NCBI GenBank assembly: GCA_050246815.1
Contig: JBFWVI010000016.1
Span: 1 to 60,361 of the forward strand
Origin: Bdellovibrionales bacterium
Lineage (GTDB): Bacteria; Bdellovibrionota; Bdellovibrionia; Bdellovibrionales; UBA1609
DNA length: 60,361 bases
Reading direction: 5' to 3'
Shown here: positions 45,895 to 58,000 of the stretch, piece by piece
How the letters are laid out: the number at the start of each line of letters is the position of its first letter
Position numbering within the stretch: the first letter of the stretch is position 1
Made by a program: the position numbers and the translations under genes
Notes under the pieces: model-generated
The model's database searches: none
What the model saw: only the letters and a program-made list of their open reading frames with translations
Told to the model about the DNA's origin: nothing

Positions 45895-47522
45895 AATATC
45901 TGTTTCTGGCCTCCTTATTAGGAGCAGCCTTTTCGCTTTCGGCATTGGCTTCAAATCCTGACGTCGACAAACCATTGGACAAGATTTTCTTTAACGCCGA
46001 GCTCCAGCGAATGATGGCGCCTTCGGACCAGTTATGGAAAGTGATCAGCACGGTGACTTGGAATATTCAGGCCGGGGCGGTTGATAAGCAGGCTGTGAAC
46101 AGTTTAAAGTCCGCCTCTGTGAGTGATCATGGAGACGTGGCAGATTACTTGTTTCGTCAGGGCTTCAATTACCATGTTTTGATCCGCCTGCGCTGGGCTT
46201 TGGGTTACGATCCTGACAATGTCAGCTACGGTGTTTTTGATCTGGGCCAACTTGAAAATACCATGGTTGGTCGGGCTCGGGCCGGTGTTCCCGAGTTTGT
46301 TCGCGTGCAGAACGAACATTGGCAAGCCGATTCAACTGGCGATCTGATCGTCACTTACGAGCCGCGCATCCACTGGCTGCTTGAGGCAATGAAGGCGCAC
46401 ATCGATTTGGGTGTCAGTGAGGCAGCTCGCATACCCCACTCACTGCGCAATCTATTCGTCAATCGTCACCAGCAGATCAATCTTTTGGTGGAATTCGGTC
46501 ATGAATTTGAAAAAGTGTTGATCCAATTACAAGCTTTGCAGAGCAGTTTCAAAATTAAACTTGCGCCGTTGGGTCAGGATGAAAAAGACGAGGTCAAGCG
46601 CAACAAATTGAAGACGATAGAGGCCGAGTGGCAGAAGCAGCGAGATGACTTTTTGAATTGGGCGAAGGGCTTAGCCGAGACAGTGCCTCCGATGCCCAAA
46701 GGACGTGCCGCGTGGGAACCATTGGTGAAAGCGATCCGCGGCAGCAATCAAAGCCTGGCTGAATGGCGTAAAAAAATGGATCAGGCAAATTCGAAAGCCA
46801 TCGACCATATCGACAAAGCTTTAGACGCCAACGATTCAAGCCATCGCTATGTAAGCGACACCCCTGCCGAGCTCGAAATCAAACGACAAGAGCATATAAA
46901 AAAGCAGCAGGCTCATATTTCGGCCTGGGAAAAAAATGCCAACTTTAGTTACTATCGACGTACGCATAAATGGCCCTACAAACACTATCATAGCGAAGAA
47001 AAGGGTCCTTACGTTTTGCAATCAACTGAAACCCGCACGCGAGACATTCACGATATCGATTTGGCTCCGCTTGAAGAGGTGCATTTGGCCGCTCATTTGA
47101 TGGAAGAGGGCAAGCGCCTGCTGGAGCGTCGTCAGCAAAAGCAGCAGATTCATGAGTTAAGGCAGCGTCTGGAGCAATTTAAGATCGCCCACCAGGCCTA
47201 TATGAAAGCAGGACCCAAGCCGCCGAAAGAAGTGCCGCCGCAGTTGGCGCCCAATTTCAGCGAGCGTTTTGCCCAGCGCAACGCCATGTTGATTGAATGG
47301 GCCGACTTTTTGCACGACGAATCATTTCGTCAAGAAGCTCACGAGGCTCAAGGGTATTTGGGGCTTGATTTGGATAAGCAAATTGCGCAGGAATATGTCA
47401 GCGTACTTGCCCGCTTATCTAAAATCGCTAGACGCTTTCAAATCGCTCTGTACACGACTTATGGGGCTGGCGCCACCGGCGTCGCGGCAGGGGCGTGCGC
47501 TTGGTGGCTCGAACATCAGTAA
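45891..47522 (+). CDS. Exported helical hypothetical protein, paralog B, with C-terminal membrane anchor
   Basis: ATG 45891 overlaps the stop of A (ATGA); signal peptide ending ALA-S; C-terminal GAGATGVAAGACAWWL. Confidence 0.8.
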   Translation: MKYLFLASLLGAAFSLSALASNPDVDKPLDKIFFNAELQRMMAPSDQLWKVISTVTWNIQAGAVDKQAVNSLKSASVSDHGDVADYLFRQGFNYHVLIRLRWALGYDPDNVSYGVFDLGQLENTMVGRARAGVPEFVRVQNEHWQADSTGDLIVTYEPRIHWLLEAMKAHIDLGVSEAARIPHSLRNLFVNRHQQINLLVEFGHEFEKVLIQLQALQSSFKIKLAPLGQDEKDEVKRNKLKTIEAEWQKQRDDFLNWAKGLAETVPPMPKGRAAWEPLVKAIRGSNQSLAEWRKKMDQANSKAIDHIDKALDANDSSHRYVSDTPAELEIKRQEHIKKQQAHISAWEKNANFSYYRRTHKWPYKHYHSEEKGPYVLQSTETRTRDIHDIDLAPLEEVHLAAHLMEEGKRLLERRQQKQQIHELRQRLEQFKIAHQAYMKAGPKPPKEVPPQLAPNFSERFAQRNAMLIEWADFLHDESFRQEAHEAQGYLGLDLDKQIAQEYVSVLARLSKIARRFQIALYTTYGAGATGVAAGACAWWLEHQ

Positions 47523-47532
47523 AAAATGAGCC

Positions 47533-48108
47533 CTAGTGCTTAATCGGCTCTTTATCTTCGTCGTCGTCTTCGTCAGTTAGATCTTCATCGTCTTCGTCAT
47601 CGATTCCTAAACGGGCCTTGATACCCGACAAGGTGTCTGAGTCATCGCCCTCGTCGGCATTTTTGACCAGGTTGTCGTCACTGGCGCCTAACAATTTATC
47701 GGCTTCGCTTTCAAGTTCTGTGTTGCTTGATGAAAATTGCAAGTAGACTTTACGGCCTTCGACTTCATAAACGGTCCAAACCCGTGGGAAATCTTTGTCG
47801 TCTTCAGAGCTGAACAGTTCTTCAAGCATGGTGGCGCCCACGTCAACGCAGATGCCGATTAATTTTACGGTGTCATCTTTACCGGCCTTCAGGTCCGTCG
47901 AAACTTCGAAGTTGGTTTGGCGCAGTCGACCGTTTTCTAGGAACCCCATGCGCACGATAATTTCATCGGCGTAAATACGCCCTTCGAAGATGAACTTTCC
48001 GCTTTTAACCTCGTCAGCAAATGAATCGCGCAGGGCGTTGATGACTTGCTTCACGTAATCTTTGGGCAATTCGGTCCATTTGGCTTGGCGTGAGCGACGT
48101 GGTTCCAT
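47533..48108 (-). CDS. Hypothetical protein with acidic C-terminus
   Basis: 191-aa ORF with GAGG RBS; WT.LP, GRIY, NFEVS.D, N..LE.EAD.LL; divergent from miaB. Confidence 0.75.
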   Translation of the reverse strand: MEPRRSRQAKWTELPKDYVKQVINALRDSFADEVKSGKFIFEGRIYADEIIVRMGFLENGRLRQTNFEVSTDLKAGKDDTVKLIGICVDVGATMLEELFSSEDDKDFPRVWTVYEVEGRKVYLQFSSSNTELESEADKLLGASDDNLVKNADEGDDSDTLSGIKARLGIDDEDDEDLTDEDDDEDKEPIKH

Positions 48109-48202
48109 TAAAAATCCTCTATATTATGCTGAAGATCAAAAAATTGACCTTTCTCAATGTCGGCATTATAAGTCCCAGAAGCTGGCAGGACAACAGGACA
48201 AT

Positions 48203-49552
48203 ATGGAACCAAATTCGACCCCCACAAGCCCAAATCTCGGCAACGGCCAAGGTGTATTTATTTCAACCTATGGCTGCCAAATGAACGAGAATGATTCTGA
48301 GCGCATGCTTTCGCTTTTGGAGATGGTTAACTTCGCCCAAGTGGGTACGCCCGAGCAAGCCGATTTGATTATTATCAATTCTTGCAGTGTCCGCGAAAAA
48401 CCGGTTCACAAGGTCCATTCTGAGGTGGGTAAATACCGTAAGCTTAAAGAGCAAAACCCGAGACTGCGTATCGGCGTGGCGGGTTGTGTGGCCCAACAAG
48501 AAAAAGAACGGTTGATGCTGGATGTGCCGCTGATCGATTTTGTGATGGGCACCGATGCCATCGATCAGCTGCCCGATATCATAGGTCGTCTGTACAACGG
48601 GCAGCAAAAAGTGGTGTCAGCCCGTTTTGAACACCAAAAACCCTATCATGTGCAAACTTTGGCGCGAAACCCCGGGGTGACGGCCTTTGTGAACATCACC
48701 AAAGGCTGTGATAATTTTTGCACCTTTTGTGTGGTGCCATTTACACGTGGGCGCGAACGCAGTCGCCCCTTGGCTCACTTGGTGGAAGACATCAACAAAC
48801 TAGTCGATCGGGGCGTTCGCGAAGTCACCCTTTTGGGACAAAACGTGAATTCCTACGCCTCAGACTGCGGCGCCAATTTCGCGAAGCTGCTTGAGACATT
48901 GGCCCTTAAAACGGGCATTGAGCGTATTCGCTTCACGACCTCACATCCGAAAGATTTTAATGCTGAATTGGTCGATGTGATGCAGGCCAACCGCAATAAG
49001 GTTATGGATTATATTCATTTGCCGGTTCAGTCGGGTAACACCGAAATTTTGGCTCGCATGAATCGTGGCTACACCCGCGAGGAGTACATTGCCAAGGCCA
49101 ATATGATTTTAGAGCGTATGCCTGGCGCGGTGTTGACCACCGATATCATCGTGGGTTTTCCGGGTGAGACTGAGGAGCAATTTCAAGACACCATGAGTTT
49201 GTTGGATTTGATTCATTACGACAATGTGTATGCTTTTGCCTACAGTCCTCGCCCGTTCACCAAAGCCGCACGCTTCACCGATCAGGTGCCGCCCGAGGTG
49301 AGTAATGAGCGGCTGAATCGCTTAATTAATAAGCATCGCGACATCGTATTTCCGATGGCTAAAAAATATGAAGGTTTGGTTTTGCCGGTTCTGGTCGAAG
49401 AGTATCACGCGGACAATCAACGCTTGTTCGGCCGCTCGACACAGAATAAAACCGTGCATTTTACTGGAACGCCTGATTTGGTTGGTAAAACAGTTCCGGT
49501 GCGAGTGAAAGAAGCTTTTCCGCTAACTTTAAGAGGGGAACTGGTGCACTGA
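48203..49552 (+). CDS. miaB: tRNA-2-methylthio-N6-dimethylallyladenosine synthase
   Basis: TYGCQMN..DS, NSCSVRE, GCVAQ, radical-SAM CDNFCTFC, IVGFPGET, TRAM domain. Confidence 0.96.
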   Translation: MEPNSTPTSPNLGNGQGVFISTYGCQMNENDSERMLSLLEMVNFAQVGTPEQADLIIINSCSVREKPVHKVHSEVGKYRKLKEQNPRLRIGVAGCVAQQEKERLMLDVPLIDFVMGTDAIDQLPDIIGRLYNGQQKVVSARFEHQKPYHVQTLARNPGVTAFVNITKGCDNFCTFCVVPFTRGRERSRPLAHLVEDINKLVDRGVREVTLLGQNVNSYASDCGANFAKLLETLALKTGIERIRFTTSHPKDFNAELVDVMQANRNKVMDYIHLPVQSGNTEILARMNRGYTREEYIAKANMILERMPGAVLTTDIIVGFPGETEEQFQDTMSLLDLIHYDNVYAFAYSPRPFTKAARFTDQVPPEVSNERLNRLINKHRDIVFPMAKKYEGLVLPVLVEEYHADNQRLFGRSTQNKTVHFTGTPDLVGKTVPVRVKEAFPLTLRGELVH

Positions 49553-49554
49553 AG

Positions 49555-50067
49555 ATGGGCAAGCGTTTGGATGTCGAGTTAAAGGCAACAGCAGAGTGGC
49601 TAGAGCTTGAGCCCTATGGAGTGACCACCTCGGCCGATTCGGCTCGTCCGGTGATGTTGTTTAAGGCGATTGGCGGTGAAGAAGTGTTGCCGGTTTGGTT
49701 AAGTCCAATTGATGCAGGCATCGCCATCACCCAGCACAACGTGAAGCTTGCCGGATTGTCGCCACACGATTTGACCAGCAAGGTGCTTGAAAGCCTCAAC
49801 GTCCATCTGGATACCTGTCTGTTCACCGAGGTCAAGGGCCACCACCAGTATGTTGAACTGCATTTCAGCGGCAGCCGCCGCTTGAAGTCGATCGTCGCCC
49901 GGGCGGACCAGGCGATCAGTTTTTCGTTGCATGCAAAAGCACGTTTTTATGCGCGTCGCGAGTATATTCAAGCCAGTCGCGTGATGAATGCCGAGATGGT
50001 CGGCAACGAACGTGATTTGAAGCTCAACCCGAAAGCTGGTAAAAACCGTCACCCCTATTTGAACTGA
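49555..50067 (+). CDS. Bifunctional nuclease (DUF151) family protein
   Basis: P..L.......LP.W....A..I, HDL and R...AI motifs; position after miaB. Confidence 0.75.
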   Translation: MGKRLDVELKATAEWLELEPYGVTTSADSARPVMLFKAIGGEEVLPVWLSPIDAGIAITQHNVKLAGLSPHDLTSKVLESLNVHLDTCLFTEVKGHHQYVELHFSGSRRLKSIVARADQAISFSLHAKARFYARREYIQASRVMNAEMVGNERDLKLNPKAGKNRHPYLN

Positions 50068-50077
50068 AGGACGCGAT

Positions 50078-52062
<1,985 letters not shown>

Positions 52063-52069
52063 GAAAGGC

Positions 52070-53494
52070 TTGATGAGGGGGAAATTTTTAGCCGCGGTTG
52101 TTTTGTGGCCTACGTTTGTGCTTTTGCAGACATCCTGCACATCGATCCAGTTGTCAGATTACAAGCAGCCGATCAAAGTGACTTCGCTTAAACCTGGTGC
52201 AGAGATTCGCCATAAGGGCCAGCTTTTGGGCACAACCCCCGCTTTTGTGTACGTTCGCCGCCATCGTCACCCTAAATTGGATTTGAATTATCCAGGCCAG
52301 CCGGCTGTTCGCTATTCAATTAAAACAAAGTATCGTTGGGGTGAAAGCTTTGCCCCCTCTTTGTTTGGCGCCTTCTTGGCGCCAGCCTTCATCATTTTAG
52401 ACTTGAACACCGGAACTGCGTGGAATCTGCGCGAAGCAACGAATATCGATGTGCCCGGACAGTCGCCAGTTGTCCAATCGGCAAAGTTTAAAACCGTGTC
52501 TTTGGCCCCGCCACAAGCCGCCAACGTTACCTATTCGGATCAGTTGGCGCTGCATCTGGAAAAATATTTTGCTCATCATCCAGGATGGAAACTGCGACCG
52601 TTCAAAGAGACGGTGGGAATGTTCGAAGATTCTCAGTATACTTATAAAGCTGCGGCCGTTGCGGACCGTTCGGCGCTTTTTGCGGACATCGCCTCTTCCC
52701 ATATCGTGGAGTCTTGGCCTTCATGTGAAACGAAGGGGAAGCTCGATTATGTTGTACGCAACGTGTACACCAATCAGATTGAAGAAGCTGGAACGCTTGA
52801 CCTTCCTCGCCCAGAAAGAAAAGCATTTGGCTTTTTAAAAGAGTTTGTTGTGGGTGTGGTGCCCAACACGATCACTTTAGACGCGGCCTCGCGCGCCTTT
52901 GAGGTTGAAAAAAGAGACGGGACGATCATTTCGACGGAAGCTGAGCCTTTGGCCGGATGGTTGGGTGACTTTTCGCGTTTTGTCGGCAGCTTTAGTTTGA
53001 CCAACTTGATTCCGCCTGGGCGAGGACGGGTGTTTGAAGCACATACCAGGTTGGTTTCAAGTTTAGATGTGAATTTTAGCCAGTTTCGATTCTCCAGCGC
53101 GGACTTTAACTTCAATGACACAACATACAAACTGGCGCGTGGAACTTTGGCGATCGGACCACAAGGGTATTTAGAGACGGCCTTGGGTTTATTTTACGCG
53201 GACCTGATGGTTGGCCCCAGTTACTCGCGCATTGAGTGGAATGGTGCAAACGCAGGCAAAACGGAGGGTGGCTCGGTGGCCTCGATTCTTAATTTCGGTT
53301 ACTATCGCTACTTCACCAACCGCATTGCCTTTCGGCTGTTTGTACGTCGAATTTCTGAAGACTTTGAAAAGTGGGATCGCGTTTTAGATCGCAGTCAGAA
53401 TGTGGATGTCCCGGCTAAGGGAGTGGCGTCACTTCAAGGGGGCATGTCTTTGGCTTTTTATTTTCCCGAGGCGGGTCGAAAATTACGTCATTAG
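52070..53494 (+). CDS. Hypothetical lipoprotein-like protein: PEGA-like N-domain, probable C-terminal beta-barrel
   Basis: Signal ending TS-C; I.VTS..PGAEI....Q.LG.TP; D..TG.AW; amphipathic strands ending SLAFYF. Confidence 0.7.
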   Translation: MMRGKFLAAVVLWPTFVLLQTSCTSIQLSDYKQPIKVTSLKPGAEIRHKGQLLGTTPAFVYVRRHRHPKLDLNYPGQPAVRYSIKTKYRWGESFAPSLFGAFLAPAFIILDLNTGTAWNLREATNIDVPGQSPVVQSAKFKTVSLAPPQAANVTYSDQLALHLEKYFAHHPGWKLRPFKETVGMFEDSQYTYKAAAVADRSALFADIASSHIVESWPSCETKGKLDYVVRNVYTNQIEEAGTLDLPRPERKAFGFLKEFVVGVVPNTITLDAASRAFEVEKRDGTIISTEAEPLAGWLGDFSRFVGSFSLTNLIPPGRGRVFEAHTRLVSSLDVNFSQFRFSSADFNFNDTTYKLARGTLAIGPQGYLETALGLFYADLMVGPSYSRIEWNGANAGKTEGGSVASILNFGYYRYFTNRIAFRLFVRRISEDFEKWDRVLDRSQNVDVPAKGVASLQGGMSLAFYFPEAGRKLRH

Positions 53495-53509
53495 GATTGG
53501 GTGTTAAAA

Positions 53510-55039
53510 ATGATTGAAGGCGGATTTGTCGTTTTAGATTTTGGTTCACAGTACACGCAGTTGATCGCGCGACGTTTGCGCGAAATGGGTGTTTATTCTG
53601 AGTTAGTACCGTTTGATATCCCGCTTGGCGCCCTGCAAGCCCGTCGCCCTAAGGGGATCGTATTAAGCGGAGGTCCCAATTCTGTTTTCGAAGAGGGTGC
53701 GCCGGTTCGTCCGGTCAAAGATCTAATGGCGATCGCGCCGGTGTTAGGCATTTGTTACGGCATGCAACTACTTGCACATCAACTGGGCGGCAAAGTCGAA
53801 AGTTCTTCGCAGCGTGAATACGGACTGAATACCGTCAATTGGCTTAAACCTTTGAGCGGTAAAATTTCGAAATCGCAGTCTGTTTGGATGAGCCACGGTG
53901 ATGTGGTTGCGCAAGCGCCAGAAGGCTTTGAAGTGATTGCTCATTCAAACACCAATCATCCAGCAGCCATGCGGGGGGATAAGGTGTGGGCACTGCAGTT
54001 TCACCCCGAGGTCAGTCACACTCAAGGTGGTGTGGAGTTGCTGCGCGAGTTCGTCTTTGGGCTTTGCGGGGCCGAGAAAAATTGGGATGCAGAACATATT
54101 GCCGATCAATTGATCGAACGCATACGCAAGCAGGTTCCTGGCAACGAAAAAGTGCTTTGTGCGCTGAGTGGGGGGGTGGATTCAACAGTGGTCGGGACAC
54201 TCGTGACTCAGGCATTGGGTGTAGAGAGAGTGCATTGCGTATTTGTGGACACAGGCCTACTTCGTTTGAATGAATTTGAGGAAGTGATGGCCCTTTACAA
54301 GGAGTTGGGCTTAAACGTACACGGCGCTCGAGCTGAAGATATTTTCTTAAGTAATCTGGCAGGGGTCCGTGATCCCGAGGAAAAGCGCAAAATCATCGGC
54401 CGTACTTTTATTGAAGTTTTCAAAAGTGAAATAAAAAAAATTGGCAAAGTGGACTGGCTGGCGCAAGGCACGCTTTATCCGGATGTGATTGAGAGCGTTT
54501 CGCCGCGAGGGACCAGCGTAACGATTAAGTCACACCACAATGTCGGCGGATTGCCCAAGGACCTCGATTTAAAGTTGCTTGAGCCCGTGCGGGAGCTATT
54601 CAAAGACGAAGTGCGGGCGCTGGGTGAGCAATTGGGATTGCCGCATAAATTTTTGTGGCGTCACCCTTTTCCGGGGCCAGGATTGGCAATTCGCGTGCCA
54701 GGGGCCATTGAAAAGGAAGATTTGGATGTACTGCGAGCGGCGGATGCCATTTATGTGAATGAACTGCGAAGTAGCGGTTTTTACGATAAAATCTGGCAGG
54801 CCTTTGCCGTGCTTTTGCCTATCCGCACTGTGGGGGTACAAGGTGATGGTCGCACTTATGACCGGGTGCTTGCTTTGCGCGCCGTGACTTCCACCGACGG
54901 AATGACCGCGGATTGGTTTGATTTTGATCCCAGTTTTATGCGCCGAGTGTCGAATCGGATCACCAATGAGGTGCGCGGAATCAACCGGGTTGTGTATGAT
55001 GTGACATCAAAGCCGCCCGGCACGATTGAGTGGGAGTAG
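53510..55039 (+). CDS. guaA: GMP synthase (glutamine-hydrolysing)
   Basis: LDFGSQY, GICYGMQ, QFHPEV, SGGVDS, KSHHN, KPP.TIEWE. Confidence 0.98.
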   Translation: MIEGGFVVLDFGSQYTQLIARRLREMGVYSELVPFDIPLGALQARRPKGIVLSGGPNSVFEEGAPVRPVKDLMAIAPVLGICYGMQLLAHQLGGKVESSSQREYGLNTVNWLKPLSGKISKSQSVWMSHGDVVAQAPEGFEVIAHSNTNHPAAMRGDKVWALQFHPEVSHTQGGVELLREFVFGLCGAEKNWDAEHIADQLIERIRKQVPGNEKVLCALSGGVDSTVVGTLVTQALGVERVHCVFVDTGLLRLNEFEEVMALYKELGLNVHGARAEDIFLSNLAGVRDPEEKRKIIGRTFIEVFKSEIKKIGKVDWLAQGTLYPDVIESVSPRGTSVTIKSHHNVGGLPKDLDLKLLEPVRELFKDEVRALGEQLGLPHKFLWRHPFPGPGLAIRVPGAIEKEDLDVLRAADAIYVNELRSSGFYDKIWQAFAVLLPIRTVGVQGDGRTYDRVLALRAVTSTDGMTADWFDFDPSFMRRVSNRITNEVRGINRVVYDVTSKPPGTIEWE

Positions 55040-55042
55040 AAA

Positions 55043-58000
55043 TTGTCATTCGTTCACTTGCATGTGCATTCTCAGTTTTCACTACTTGAGGCCACCTGCC
55101 AATTTAAACCCATGGTCAAATTGGCCAGCGAATACAAAATGCCAGCGGTGGCGCTGACTGATTATGGCAATATGTTTGGCGCCATCGAATTTTACTTCGC
55201 CGCCAAAGATGCAGGCTTAAACCCCATCGTCGGTCTGGAAGTTTACCTGGCGCCTAAGTCTAGGTTCGTGAAGGGTGAAGACAAAGATGCCGTGGGCCAA
55301 CCAAACCGTCGGTTGGTACTTTTGGCTCAAAATCTGGAGGGTTACAAAAACCTTTGTCGTATCAGCACCATCGGCTATCAGGAGGGTTTTTATTATCGAC
55401 CACGTATCGATTATGAAGTTTTAAAGGCGCATAGTGGCCATTTGTTGGCCCTAACGGGCGGTTTGATGGGCGAAATTCCATGGACTTTTCAAAATAAAGG
55501 CCCCGATGAGGCCTTGATCCGACTTCGCAATTTAAAAGAGATTTTTGACGACCGCTTGTACCTCGAAATGAATCGCACCGGTGTTAAAGCTTGGGATCAG
55601 ATCAACCCATTTCTAGCCGAAGCCAGTAAAATCACCAGCGTACCTTTAGTGGTCACGAATGATGTGCATTACCTGCGACAAGAAGAGCAGGTTGGGCAGG
55701 AGGTTTTGATCTGCATCGGCAGTAACAAAACCTTGCAAGACGACACTCGCTTTCGACTGGGTTCGGATCAATTTTACTTTAAAGATCCTCAGCAGATGCA
55801 GTCTTTGTTTAAAGATCACGCTGAAGCTGTGAGTCGAACGTTGGAAGTGGCTGGGCGTTGCCAGCTGAAGTTCAAGCTTAAGGATGATCAGGGACGACCA
55901 ATTTACCATTTGCCCACCTATCCAACACAGCAGGGCGTTTCATTAACGGATGAAATGCGTCGCTTAAGCGAACTGGGTTTACAAAAGCGCTTAAAAGAAG
56001 CCATTGAACGGGGCGAAGAGGTTCAAGATGTGGAGCGCTACCAGCAGCGCTTGAATTATGAATTGCAGGTTATTGATCGGATGGGCTTCAACGGCTATTT
56101 TTTGATTGTTGCAGACTTCATCGGTTGGGCAAAGGCGCATGATATTCCGGTGGGACCAGGGCGGGGATCTGGTGCGGGCTCACTGGTCGCCTTTTCTCTT
56201 GGTATCACCGATTTAGATCCCATGCCTTATAATCTCGTGTTTGAGCGCTTCTTAAATCCCGAGCGTATCAGCATGCCTGACTTTGACGTGGATTTTTGCC
56301 AAGAGAATCGTCAGCGTGTGATCGAATACGTCACTCAAAAGTATGGCCAGCAATCGGTGAGTCAAATCATCACCTTTGGAAAGTTGCAGGCTCGGGCCGC
56401 CGTTCGCGACGTGGGGCGGGTAATGGGGTTGACCTATGCCGATGTGGATGTGGTGGCCAAATTAATCCCTGAAAAGCTAGGCATCACGTTGGGTGAGGCT
56501 CTAGAGACCGAACCACGCATGCGCGAACTGATGGATCTTGATCCCAAAGTCGCCAACTTGATGGACTTGGCGCAAAAAATTGAAGGTTTGAACCGTCATG
56601 CGGGCATTCACGCTGCCGGTGTGATTATCGCGGACGGTAATATCATGGACCATGCGCCCCTTTATCGCGGGACTGAGGGCGAGGTTGTGGTTCAGTACGA
56701 CATGAAGCACGCCGAAAAAATCGGCCTTATCAAATTCGACTTTTTGGGTCTAAAAACTCTGACTCATGTGCAAGACGCACTTCGTTTGGTTGAACAAAAT
56801 CGCGGCAAAAAGTTTTCGACCAAAGACATTTCGCTGACCGATCCAGGGATTTATTCCGTCATGTGCAAGGGTGATACCGGAGGCATTTTTCAATTCGAGG
56901 GTGAGGGCATCACGGACCTGATCCGCAAAGCAAGACCGGATTGTTTTGAAGATATTGTGGCCATCAACGCGCTTTATCGTCCTGGTCCTATGGACATGAT
57001 TCCTTCGTATCTTGAGCGCAAACATGGCGAAGTCGCACCTGATTATGATTTTCCGGAGCTTGAGCCAATTCTAAAAGAAACCTTCGGTATCGTGGTCTAT
57101 CAAGAGCAAGTGCAGCTGGTGGCTGCTAAAATAGCCAACTACTCACTTGGTGAAGCGGATTTGCTCCGTCGCGCCATGGGTAAAAAAGATCCCGTCGAAA
57201 TGGCCAAACAAAAAAATCGCTTTCTGGATGGGGCTAAAGCCAACGGCTATGATCTAAAAAAAGCCGAATCACTTTTTGACAAGATGGCGGAATTCGCCAA
57301 GTACGGCTTCAATAAATCACACGCGGCTGCCTACTGTGTGGTTGCCGCCTACACGGCGTGGTTAAAAAATTACTATCCGGTCGAGTTCTATGCCGCCCTT
57401 TTGAGTACAGAGACTAGCGACACCGACAAAATTGTCAAATATGTTAAAGAGGCTCAATCGCACAAGATTGAAGTTCGTCCCCCGCATGTGAACTACTCCG
57501 ATTACAAGTTTTCGGTGAATGGCGATAAGATTTATTTTTCGCTAGGGGCAATCAAGGGAGTGGGCGAAGGCGCGGTGCAAACGATTGTGACAGCACGTGA
57601 ATCTCAGGCCGACAAAAAGTTCAAAGATCTAGAACATTTCTTTGCCAGCATTGACCTGCGTAAAGTGAATAAAAAGACCATCGAATGTCTGATCAAGGCT
57701 GGAGCCTTGGATGACTTTGGCCACAACCGCAACGAATTGATCTTGGGCTACCCCAAGCTGCTTGAAAGTGCGGACCGTAAACGTCGCGAAGACGAGGTGG
57801 GGCAATCTTCTTTGTTCGAGGCTTTGGGCACTGACGAACAATCCAATCAGGCTGCTTTAGATAAACATCCGGATTGGTCTCGCTCGCAAAAATTAGCTAT
57901 GGAGAAAGAGGTTCTTGGTTTCTTTTTGAGCGATCATCCGCTCAAAGGGATGGAAACTTTAACCAAGGCCTGGAGCCATTTGACCATTGGTGGTTTGGAT

